This document shows positions 54,133 to 61,973 of a DNA stretch of 64,000 nucleotides, piece by piece (the stretch's first letter is position 1; each line of letters begins with the position of its first letter). A program made the position numbers and the translations under genes. The notes below the pieces were generated by a model. The model worked only from the letters and a program-made list of their open reading frames with translations. It was not told where the DNA came from and did not search any database. Source of the stretch: Longimicrobiales bacterium (GTDB taxonomy: Bacteria; Gemmatimonadota; Gemmatimonadetes; Longimicrobiales; Gaopeijiaceae); the NCBI GenBank assembly GCA_041690395.1, contig JAWLHJ010000003.1, positions 96,001 through 160,000 of the forward strand, read 5' to 3'.

Positions 54133-56352
54133 ATGTCGATATTCGTCCGATCCTGTGCGCCTGTCTGGCTTCTCCTCCTCGCTCTCGCGGTCCCTGGCTC
54201 GGCCCAGGAACGCTCGGCCCGGGCCGTGACCGTGGAGACCCCTCCGATTGTCGACGGCGTGCTCGACGAGGCCGCTTGGGCGGAGGCGCCGGTGATGAGC
54301 GGCTTCATCCAGCGGGTCCCCCGGGACGGCAGCCCGGCGAGCGAGCCCACCGAGCTCCGGATTCTCCAGGACGAGTCGGCCCTTTACGTCGGTGTCTGGC
54401 TTTACGACTCCTCACCCGACGGCATCATCGCCGGGGAGAGCGTGCGGGACTACAACCTCGAGCAGAGCGACGCGATCCTCCTCATCCTCGACACGTTCCG
54501 GGACCAGCAGAACGCCTTCGTCTTCGGGACGAATCCGGCCGGCATCGAGTACGACGGGCAGGTCGCGAACTCAGGCGAGGGCGGAGGCCGGTTCTTCGGG
54601 GGCGGCGGTGGCGGCAACCAGCGGCAGCAGAGCGGGTCCGGCGGTGGCTTCAACCTGAACTGGGACTCGAGTTGGGACGTGGCGACTTCGCGTGACGCGC
54701 GCGGCTGGTACGCCGAGTTCCGGATCCCCTTCACCACCCTGCGCTACGCCGCGGGTGAGGAGCAGGTCTGGGGGCTCAACGTGGCGCGCCGTATTCGCCG
54801 GCTCAACGAGCAGTCGTTCTGGTCGCCGGTGCCGCGCGAATTCGACCAGTACCGGCTCAACTACGCCGGCGCGCTCGAGGGACTCGAACCTCCCGTCCAG
54901 CGGCTGGTCCAGGTGACGCCGTACGGGCTCCAGCGGGCGGAGCGGGACTACGTCGGCGGCATGGACTCTTTCGAGCATACGACGGAGTTCGGCGGCGACG
55001 CCAAGGTGCAGGTCACGCAGGGGCTGACTCTCGACCTGACCGTCAATACGGACTTCGCCCAGGTCGAAGTCGACGAGGTCCAGACCAACCTCACCCGCTT
55101 CAACATCTCGTTTCCCGAGAAGCGCCCGTTCTTCCTCGAGAACTCGGGACGCTTCGCGGTGGGCGCGGGCGGCGCGGACCTCTTCTTCAGCCGCCGGATC
55201 GGCATCTCCCCGGACGGGCAGGTGCCGATCCTGGGCGGCGGGCGCCTGTCCGGGCGCGCGGCGGGGCTGAACGTCGGGATGCTCCACATCGTCACCGACG
55301 AGCTCGAGGGGCTACAGCCCGAGAACCACTACTCGGTGATTCGGCTCGCCAAGGAGCTCCCGAATCGCTCGCGAATCGGAGGAGCGTTCATGCGGCGCGC
55401 CTCGGACGAGACGAACGACTGGAACCGCACGTACGCCGTCGATGGTCAGGTGGGCCTCGGCGAGGCGGTCTCCATCAGCTCGTTCCTCGCGAAGACCGAG
55501 ACCCCCGGGCTGACCGGACGCGACTATGCGTTCAACCTCCAGGGCGGCTACACGACACGGGCCTTCAACGGCACGTTGAGCTACCGCGAGGTCGGCGAGG
55601 ACTTCAACCCGGAGCTCGGCTTCCTGCCGCGTGACGGATACCGGTACGGTCAGGCGTTCGCCATGACGTACCACCGACCCGAGAACTTCCTGTCGCTACG
55701 CGAGATCCGCCCGCACATCTCGTACTTCGAGTACCGGAACATCGACACGGACTTCGTCCAGTCGGCGAGGTTGCACGTCGACAGCCATTTCGAGTGGGGT
55801 GGCGGAGCGGAGTTCCACCCCGGCTTCAACTGGGTGAAGGAGGGGCTCGAGGCTCCCTACGAGATCTCCCCTGGCGTCGTGGTGCCGGTGGGCACCTACT
55901 CCGGCTGGGAAGCCCAGTGGGTCTTCTTCACGAACGAGAGCTCGATGTTCTCGTTCAACGGCGGCGTGAACCTCGGGAGCTTCCTGTCCGGCGACCGCGT
56001 GAACCCCTACGCCACCGTCATCGTGCGGCCGAGCTCGTCGTTCAGCGGATCGATCCGGGTGGACCACAACGACGTCGACCTGCCCGAGGGCGCGTTCAAG
56101 ACGAACCTCTACGGGCTCCGCCTCTCGTACTTCATCACCCCGAGCATCAGCGTCCAGTCGCTGACGCAGTACTCGGACCGGGCCGACATCTGGTCGACGA
56201 ACGTGCGCTTCGGCTGGATCGACGACGCCGGCTCCGGCCTGTTCGTCGTCTTCAACCAGGCGAACGGCATCGAGGCGCTGTCCCGCGACACGCCGCTCAA
56301 CCGCTCGTTCGTCATCAAGTACAGCAAGCTGCTCAACGTGGCGCGCTGGTAG
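54133..56352 (+). CDS. CBM9-like/DUF5916 outer-membrane protein
   Basis: Signal peptide; P.VDGVLDE..W, DTFRD, WYAEFRIPF, TVNTDFAQVEVD, FPEKRPFFLE, FFSRRIG. Confidence 0.85.
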   Translation: MSIFVRSCAPVWLLLLALAVPGSAQERSARAVTVETPPIVDGVLDEAAWAEAPVMSGFIQRVPRDGSPASEPTELRILQDESALYVGVWLYDSSPDGIIAGESVRDYNLEQSDAILLILDTFRDQQNAFVFGTNPAGIEYDGQVANSGEGGGRFFGGGGGGNQRQQSGSGGGFNLNWDSSWDVATSRDARGWYAEFRIPFTTLRYAAGEEQVWGLNVARRIRRLNEQSFWSPVPREFDQYRLNYAGALEGLEPPVQRLVQVTPYGLQRAERDYVGGMDSFEHTTEFGGDAKVQVTQGLTLDLTVNTDFAQVEVDEVQTNLTRFNISFPEKRPFFLENSGRFAVGAGGADLFFSRRIGISPDGQVPILGGGRLSGRAAGLNVGMLHIVTDELEGLQPENHYSVIRLAKELPNRSRIGGAFMRRASDETNDWNRTYAVDGQVGLGEAVSISSFLAKTETPGLTGRDYAFNLQGGYTTRAFNGTLSYREVGEDFNPELGFLPRDGYRYGQAFAMTYHRPENFLSLREIRPHISYFEYRNIDTDFVQSARLHVDSHFEWGGGAEFHPGFNWVKEGLEAPYEISPGVVVPVGTYSGWEAQWVFFTNESSMFSFNGGVNLGSFLSGDRVNPYATVIVRPSSSFSGSIRVDHNDVDLPEGAFKTNLYGLRLSYFITPSISVQSLTQYSDRADIWSTNVRFGWIDDAGSGLFVVFNQANGIEALSRDTPLNRSFVIKYSKLLNVARW

Positions 56353-56373
56353 CGCGGTAGCGCGGAAGGCCCC

Positions 56374-56640
56374 CTACCCTACCGTGTAGACGTCGCCGCT
56401 CTCTTCGATCTTTCGGTCTTCGTAGGGAGCGGCGACGCGGCGGTACAACTCGAGCTTCGCGCATTCGAGCACGCCCATCGCCTCGTTGAGATGCGCGTAG
56501 CGTAGACGCCCGTCGGAGGCCGAGAGTCCGGCCAGGTAGGCGTCGACGAGGCGCGTCACGGCGTAGTTCAGCTCACCGGCGTTCCTGGGGCTCCCGCCCC
56601 CGTCGAGGTGGTCTCGGGCATCGGCGTCGACGTACGGCAT
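56374..56640 (-). CDS. Small conserved protein (DUF6899-like)
   Basis: MPY..., [25 protein letters not shown]...GDVY pattern; GGAG ribosome-binding site. Confidence 0.75.
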   Translation of the reverse strand: MPYVDADARDHLDGGGSPRNAGELNYAVTRLVDAYLAGLSASDGRLRYAHLNEAMGVLECAKLELYRRVAAPYEDRKIEESGDVYTVG

Positions 56641-56679
56641 GGTCGCTCCAGCTTCGAATGAAGTGGGTTTTCGGGATGG

Positions 56680-56862
56680 TCAGGCGTCGGGCGGCCGGTC
56701 ATCTTCGCCGGCCACCAGTTCCTTCACCTTGTCGAACCTCTTCCATAGCCTCCTAGCACCGGCCACGGCGCCGAAGACCGCCGTGAGGCCCAGATAGACC
56801 GTGATGTTCATGGTGACGATGGCCACCAACAAGCCCATCAGCCAGAGGATCAGCTTTCCCAT
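56680..56862 (-). CDS. Small hypothetical membrane protein
   Basis: 60 aa, hydrophobic N-terminal half, GGAGG ribosome-binding site upstream. Confidence 0.55.
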   Translation of the reverse strand: MGKLILWLMGLLVAIVTMNITVYLGLTAVFGAVAGARRLWKRFDKVKELVAGEDDRPPDA

Positions 56863-56902
56863 CGAGTCCTCCGGAGGGTTCGTCGCATGGTCCGTGGCGA
56901 GA

Positions 56903-56950
56903 GAAAGTGAGAGCCCCGCAACGGCACTGCTACACCGTTGCGGGGCTCTC
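56903..56950 (-). terminator. Terminator downstream of tRNA-Arg
   Basis: Perfect 16-bp inverted repeat 56909-56924/56935-56950 followed on the minus strand by ACTTTC. Confidence 0.75.
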
Positions 56951-56961
56951 GTGCTGAAGAG

Positions 56962-57035
<74 letters not shown>

Positions 57036-57375
57036 AAGTTGTTGTCATCGTGTTACGTACGCATGCCCTGACGAGGTCCGATCAGGCGATGTGCCAGAAA
57101 ACTGCGTCACGCTGGCATGCGAACAGGGCGGGCTCCGCGACCACGCTACGGATGACGGAGACCGCCCTGCAGGACCAACAGAAGGCCGGTTGCCCAGCAA
57201 GGTAGAGACGACCGCCATCTCGGGTCAACGCTGAGGCGGCGGACTTGGCGAACCCGAGGAGAAAGCGGATACGCGGCTCGTTGCTTGGCGGAACGGACGT
57301 AGCTACGGTGACTTCCTGGACGCCCTTAGGGGAGAGCCCTCCCTGATCGAGGCAAGCTCGTCGGCGTCGGGCACG

Positions 57376-57403
57376 TGTAACGCTCTCCGTACTTCAGGAG
57401 ACC
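57376..57403 (+). promoter_or_regulatory. Candidate ECF promoter 1 (Gre-like/dadA operon)
   Basis: TGTAAC-17 nt-AGACC. Confidence 0.6.
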
Positions 57404-57448
57404 GAAGAATGGGACTCGGACGAAGGGTCCCGCTGAATTCGGTCGCAC

Positions 57449-57490
57449 GTCGGGCCCCCCGCCACCAAATCTGGCGACGGGGGGCCCGGC
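57449..57490 (+). other. Strong hairpin in the 5' leader of the Gre-like gene
   Basis: CGGGCCCCCC...GGGGGGCCCG outer stem with CGCCA/TGGCG inner stem. Confidence 0.55.
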
Positions 57491-57509
57491 TCCACATTGG
57501 GCCTGGACT

Positions 57510-57989
57510 ATGTCAACGGCTTCCCCGAAGGAGATCCGACGTCGCCTGGGCGACCTCGTGACACGCTTGGCGGACGAGGTCCATCGGGACGGCGCGGGTA
57601 TCGTGAAAAATCCCTATGGGACAGGGATCGCGTCCCTCACAGGTCATCTGGGACTGCTCCTGGCGGGCGCAACCGCACCCAATCTTGCCACCGTCCACCC
57701 GGCGGTTGCCGGCTTCGGGTCCCATGTACGGGTCAAGGATCTTGGGACCGGTGAGATGGATACGTATCACCTCATGGCGAGTCAGGCCATGGACCTGGAT
57801 CAGGACCACGTGAGCCTCGAGTCTCCCCTTGGTGCTTCCCTCCTCGGGAGGACCGTGGGAGACATGGTCGATGTCCGCACCCCGGTGGGGCTCCGCCGTC
57901 TCGAGATTCTTGCGGTGCGGTCCCTCCTCGACCTTCTCGAGACCCTCGATCCGCAGGAGGGCGGCCTGCTGGCCGGCGCAAGGCAATGA
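57510..57989 (+). CDS. GreA/GreB-family C-terminal-domain protein (Rnk/Gfh1-like)
   Basis: GFGSHVRV, VSLESPLGASLLGRTVGD.V.V.TP.G; N-terminal GDLSENAEY-type acidic tip absent. Confidence 0.8.
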   Translation: MSTASPKEIRRRLGDLVTRLADEVHRDGAGIVKNPYGTGIASLTGHLGLLLAGATAPNLATVHPAVAGFGSHVRVKDLGTGEMDTYHLMASQAMDLDQDHVSLESPLGASLLGRTVGDMVDVRTPVGLRRLEILAVRSLLDLLETLDPQEGGLLAGARQ

Positions 57990-59236
57990 CACGAATAGTG
58001 GACCACCTCGTCGTCGGTGCCGGTATCGTGGGCGTGTCGATCGCGGACGCACTGGCCCGTGACGGCGCCAAGGTCCTGGTTGTGGACAAGGGCCGCATCG
58101 GTGAGGGATGCTCGAAAGCCAACGCGGGCTGGGTGACACCCTGTTTCGCGATGCCTCTACCTCGGCCGGGTCTGCTGGGAACCGCGCTGAAATGGATGGC
58201 GGACCCTGACAGCCCGTTCTACGTGCAACCGCGGCCGACCCCCGCCCGGCTGCGCTGGCTGTTGCAGTTCGCGCGATCCATGGGCCAGAGATCGTTCGAG
58301 TGCGGCACCGCTGCCCTGGTCGAACTGTCCCGCTATAGCCTCGACGCCTACGCCGAGCTCTACGCAGCGTGTCCGGGCCGAATCGGGCTCGAACGACGTG
58401 GCCTCCTGATGGTCGCCCTCACGACCGAGGGGCTGGTGGCGGCCGAATCGGACGCGGCCATGCTGCGGAGCTATGGTGTCGTCAGCGCAGTCCTCGACCC
58501 CGACGAGGCACGGCTCCTGGAGCCTGCCATCGCGGGGGATCTCGCGGGAGCCGTCCTCTATCCAGATGAAGCCCATCTCGAGCCGTCGGCAACCGTGGAG
58601 GCGATCGCGGACCGGGCCCGTGCATCGGGGGTAAGCTTCGAGACGGGTACGGAGGTCTTCGATTTCCGGGTGTCCTCGGGGCGCGTCACGGAAATCATGA
58701 CGACGAGGGGGAAGGTCGCAGCGGACCACGTCGTGCTCGCCACCGGCGCCTGGTCCAAGGCCGTGGCGCGGCGACTCGGGCTCCGTCTCCCGGTGCTGGG
58801 CGGCAAGGGATATTCCATGATGGTCGCGGCTCCGGCCCCGGCCCCTCTCATTCCAATGATGATTCTGGAGCGGAAGGTGGCGATTACGCCCTACGGCCAG
58901 GAGCTGCGGCTCGCCGGGACCTTGGAGCTCGTAGACGGCGACCTGTCGATCTCCCCTCGGCGCGTGGAGTCCATCCGGCGAGGCGCCGCGGCCGTTCTGG
59001 GGATTCCCGAATCAGCTCCGGTGGACCACGTCTGGCGCGGTCTCAGACCCTGTACGCCGGACGGCCTGCCCATGATTGGACGAGCTCCGGGCCTGGAGAA
59101 CGTTTACGTCGCCACGGGGCATCAGATGCTCGGCGTCCAGACGGCCCCCGCCACGGGTCGGCTCATGGCCGACCTTCTCCTGGATCGGGAGCCGATCTTC
59201 GATCCGGCCCCATTCCGGCCGGAGAGGTTCGAGTGA
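57986..59236 (+). CDS. FAD-dependent D-amino-acid dehydrogenase (DadA family)
   Basis: GAGIVG, CSKANAG, GKGYS, WRGLRPCTPDGLP, ATGH...G...APATG. Confidence 0.88.
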   Translation: MTRIVDHLVVGAGIVGVSIADALARDGAKVLVVDKGRIGEGCSKANAGWVTPCFAMPLPRPGLLGTALKWMADPDSPFYVQPRPTPARLRWLLQFARSMGQRSFECGTAALVELSRYSLDAYAELYAACPGRIGLERRGLLMVALTTEGLVAAESDAAMLRSYGVVSAVLDPDEARLLEPAIAGDLAGAVLYPDEAHLEPSATVEAIADRARASGVSFETGTEVFDFRVSSGRVTEIMTTRGKVAADHVVLATGAWSKAVARRLGLRLPVLGGKGYSMMVAAPAPAPLIPMMILERKVAITPYGQELRLAGTLELVDGDLSISPRRVESIRRGAAAVLGIPESAPVDHVWRGLRPCTPDGLPMIGRAPGLENVYVATGHQMLGVQTAPATGRLMADLLLDREPIFDPAPFRPERFE

Positions 59237-59248
59237 TGCACCTCGTCG

Positions 59249-59722
59249 TCATGCCGCCTGGCTGCGTCGGAAGATCCGAAGCCGGCCCTCCACCCGGCTA
59301 GCTACCCACCTGCCTGAGGGCAGGGGCCCGCTGACATCCAGATCGAGATACTCGGTGTCGCCGCGACGGTGATACCGGGTCGGAATGACAGCCAGGGTCA
59401 GGGGATCGAGATGATCACCCACCCTGATCTGACCTTCGACCACCATCTCGCCCTCGGCACCCCGTCGGACCGCCGAGCCCTGGAAGACGCACCCCTCGGA
59501 GGCGCCGGCTACCGCCTGGGGATCTCCAGCAGGAATTCGGATCGAGAAGCGGGTTCCGACGAGTCCGTCCTCCCTCAACTCCACCCGACCCTCCGCCCCG
59601 GTGAGCACCAGGCCTCGGATACGACGGACAGGGCGTTCCACGAACAAGCGTGAGGCCGAAGCGTCGAGGTTCCACTTCGTGATACGGGAGGACGATGTAC
59701 GGCGCGACAAGTAGATGGTCAT
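59249..59722 (-). CDS. Hypothetical beta-rich protein, possibly divergent YceI-like
   Basis: WNLDASASRL opening resembles YceI W.lD...S; alternating beta-strand pattern; preceded by the ECF-type motif. Confidence 0.5.
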   Translation of the reverse strand: MTIYLSRRTSSSRITKWNLDASASRLFVERPVRRIRGLVLTGAEGRVELREDGLVGTRFSIRIPAGDPQAVAGASEGCVFQGSAVRRGAEGEMVVEGQIRVGDHLDPLTLAVIPTRYHRRGDTEYLDLDVSGPLPSGRWVASRVEGRLRIFRRSQAA

Positions 59723-59754
59723 GGCGAGTCGAGGGGAGTGGGTTCTCCCCTTCA

Positions 59755-59780
59755 GTCTCGCTCGGAAGACAACCGTTACA
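59755..59780 (-). promoter_or_regulatory. Candidate ECF promoter 2 (YceI-like gene)
   Basis: Minus strand TGTAAC-16 nt-AGAC, about 30 nt before ATG 59722. Confidence 0.55.
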
Positions 59781-59814
59781 ACGGGCGGACATCCGCCAAA
59801 AAGGAAGATGGATC

Positions 59815-60468
59815 ATGACGCAGAGAGAGTTGAGACGTCCCTCCGAGCGTGTCGGCACACTCGGAAACACCGCCCTCCCTCCCCCGGACAGTCGGCCCCG
59901 TTCTATCGAAGCCATGCTCCGCCAGGCTCTGGTCGGCGGGGATGACTGCGCGCTGCGGACCGTCGTACGGGCCCTTCGGCCCGAGATGTTGCGGCTCGCC
60001 GCGAGCTACGTCCGCTCGGGGGACGACGCCGAAGACGTCGTTCAGGACACATGGATCGCCGCGCTCGGCGCCATCGAACGCTTCGAAGGACGCGCGTCCC
60101 TCAAGACCTGGTTGTTGAGGATCCTCACGTATCGTGCTCGTAGCGCCGGACGACGCGACGCCCGCACGCTGCCCCTCTCGCAGCTGGCCGGACCGTCCTC
60201 GAGCTTTCCTGAGACAGCCGAGGGAACACCGCTTTTCGTATCCCCGACGCCGGACCCTGAAGAGGTCGTCATCGCACAGGACCTTCGGGAACGCGTCGAG
60301 GACGCTTTGGCTCAGCTACCGCAACGGCAGCAGCAGGTCGTTCGTTTGCGGGACCTCGAAGGGTGGACTCCGAGCGCCGTGAGCACTCATCTCAAGGTGT
60401 CTCAGGGGAACCAACGCGTCCTTCTCCACCGTGGACGCGCGCAGCTCCGAGCGCGGGTCGCCGTATGA
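59815..60468 (+). CDS. ECF (group 4) sigma factor
   Basis: Region 2 DAEDVVQDTW..FEGRASLKTWL; region 4 LPQRQQQVVRLRDLEG..RVLLHRGR; AAGGAAG ribosome-binding site; alternative start 59913. Confidence 0.92.
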   Translation: MTQRELRRPSERVGTLGNTALPPPDSRPRSIEAMLRQALVGGDDCALRTVVRALRPEMLRLAASYVRSGDDAEDVVQDTWIAALGAIERFEGRASLKTWLLRILTYRARSAGRRDARTLPLSQLAGPSSSFPETAEGTPLFVSPTPDPEEVVIAQDLRERVEDALAQLPQRQQQVVRLRDLEGWTPSAVSTHLKVSQGNQRVLLHRGRAQLRARVAV

Positions 60469-60519
60469 GCGGGCGCCGCACCCCTCGTCACTACCGCAAG
60501 GGGCCACCCTCGTGCTCCG

Positions 60520-60547
60520 TGTAACGCCACCGGGGCCTCGCCAGACC
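60520..60547 (+). promoter_or_regulatory. Candidate ECF promoter 3 (ADC-like gene)
   Basis: TGTAAC-17 nt-AGACC; shares CGTGTAACGC with site 1. Confidence 0.6.
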
Positions 60548-60607
60548 ATTCACTGTCCCGGGGCCCGAGCTCGCGCCCGCCTCCTCCCATAGACACCGAG
60601 ATCCACG

Positions 60608-61282
60608 ATGTCCACGGTCCTGACCCGATACGGCTTCCGAAATTGCATGGGCGCGTTCCACCAGATGGATACCAGGAACGCTCGAGCCCTCCTGCCCGAT
60701 CATCTGCAGCCCATCGAGGCTCAACACGGTCGTAGCGTGCTCGCCATCCTCGCGTTCCAGTTCACGCAGAGCGAGGTCGGCGCCTACGACGAGCTCGTGA
60801 TGGCCATCATCACGCCGCCCCGGGTCGAGCCCCGAAAGGCCCTACCCAAGGCGGCCTTCTACCCCTTCGTGGTGGCGACGAATACGGCAGCGTCACGGCG
60901 TCACGCCATCGAACGATGGCATCTGCCGCACTACCCCGAAGACCTGTCATTCCAGTTCCGGGAAGAGGACGAGAAGATCGAGCTCGAGGTCCGGGATAGT
61001 GCCCGTTCCGTCCTCGAGCTCGAGGTCTCCGCGCACGAGTTCAAGAAGGCGATGAATCCCTACCACGCGTTCACCGTCGCCGACGATTCCGGAACACGCT
61101 TCAAGGTCAACATCTTCATGGATGCCCCTCATTCGGAGCACGAGGCCGAGCGGGGACGCCTCACGCTGCACGCTCATCCGATGCTCGCAGGGCTGGACAG
61201 CGCCCAGGTCGACCCCGTCCCCTTCCGCGAGGAGTGGTACCGCACGGGCGTGCAGACCTTCGATGAGCTGGAGCGGCTGTAG
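60608..61282 (+). CDS. Acetoacetate-decarboxylase-fold protein
   Basis: ARALLP..LQP, VGAYDEL, ERWHLPH (aligns with GRExWGxPK). Confidence 0.7.
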   Translation: MSTVLTRYGFRNCMGAFHQMDTRNARALLPDHLQPIEAQHGRSVLAILAFQFTQSEVGAYDELVMAIITPPRVEPRKALPKAAFYPFVVATNTAASRRHAIERWHLPHYPEDLSFQFREEDEKIELEVRDSARSVLELEVSAHEFKKAMNPYHAFTVADDSGTRFKVNIFMDAPHSEHEAERGRLTLHAHPMLAGLDSAQVDPVPFREEWYRTGVQTFDELERL

Positions 61283-61410
61283 GGCCCTCTGACCCGACGC
61301 ATCCGTGCCTGGTATCGCGACACCTCGGCTGATGCGCGACCACGTCGTTCGCCCAAGGGGGCATATCGGAAGGGTCAGAACGGATGGTATGGTCTGACGA
61401 CGGCACGTCA

Positions 61411-61439
61411 TTGCGGAGCATCCTCGAGGACCCTACTGT
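61411..61439 (+). promoter_or_regulatory. Putative sigma70 promoter for the chorismate mutase-pheA leader
   Basis: TTGCGG-17 nt-TACTGT; the -10 ends 7 nt before ATG 61447. Confidence 0.6.
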
Positions 61440-61446
61440 TCTCCCT

Positions 61447-61524
61447 ATGAACAGGTCTGCCTTCCCCTCGGTTCGATTTACCGTGTCCCGCCACCCGGCG
61501 TCGGACGCGCGCACAGCTATGTAA
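61447..61524 (+). CDS. Candidate leaderless leader peptide MNRSAFPSVRFTVSRHPASDARTAM
   Basis: ATG at the predicted +1, TAA at 61522-61524; precedes a terminator. Confidence 0.45.
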   Translation: MNRSAFPSVRFTVSRHPASDARTAM

Positions 61525-61557
61525 CCGAACCACCAGGTTCGACCCCACGAGCGACGC

Positions 61558-61591
61558 AAAGCGTTCCGGCACTCCGCCGGAGCGCTTTTTT
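61558..61591 (+). terminator. Attenuator-type intrinsic terminator upstream of chorismate mutase
   Basis: AAAGCGTTCCGGC-ACTCC-GCCGGAGCGCTTTTTT. Confidence 0.8.
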
Positions 61592-61649
61592 CGTTTCTTC
61601 GGGGTCCTCATCGCGCCGCTCGGCCCCGACCACCCGGGAATCCCGACCC

Positions 61650-61973
61650 ATGAGCCCTCCACCTCAATCCACCGCACCGCCCCGTGATCTGGACGATGTG
61701 CGCCTGGCCATCGACCGGCTGGACGACGCTGTCGTGTCTCTCATCGAAGAACGCCTGCAACTGGCACGACTGGCCGGTGACTTCAAGCGGACCTCCGGCC
61801 GACTCGCCCGCGACCCTCGACGGGAGGCTGAGGTCATTCGCCGCGCTGCGCAGCGCGCCCGCGAGCTCGGCGTGGACGACGAGCGGGTGCGAGACATCTT
61901 CTGGCGCTTGATCGACCTGTCCCATGCCACCGTCGAGTCGGACGGTGGGGATCGGGAGTCGGAGAATGGGTGA
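61650..61973 (+). CDS. Chorismate mutase (AroQ type)
   Basis: LDDVRLAIDRLD..L..R, K, RDPRREAEV. Confidence 0.88.
   Translation: MSPPPQSTAPPRDLDDVRLAIDRLDDAVVSLIEERLQLARLAGDFKRTSGRLARDPRREAEVIRRAAQRARELGVDDERVRDIFWRLIDLSHATVESDGGDRESENG

Noticed and set aside
56348..56365. Tandem GGTAGCGC repeat at the DUF5916 stop
   Set aside because: Only two 8-bp units, with no array or spacer structure. No CRISPR array was seen anywhere in the window.
57036..57375. Integrase gene or remnant next to the tRNA
   Set aside because: No tyrosine or serine recombinase motifs are recognisable in the short frames; only a small inverted repeat (CAGGGCGG/CCGCCCTG) and a GTGCCA element too weak to call an arm site.
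61520..61545. Fourth ECF promoter (TGTAAC...CGAC) in the pheA leader
   Set aside because: The spacer is only 14 nt and the -10 differs from the other three sites.
61440..61600. T-box riboswitch upstream of chorismate mutase
   Set aside because: No UGGNACC T-box bulge or stem I motifs are visible.
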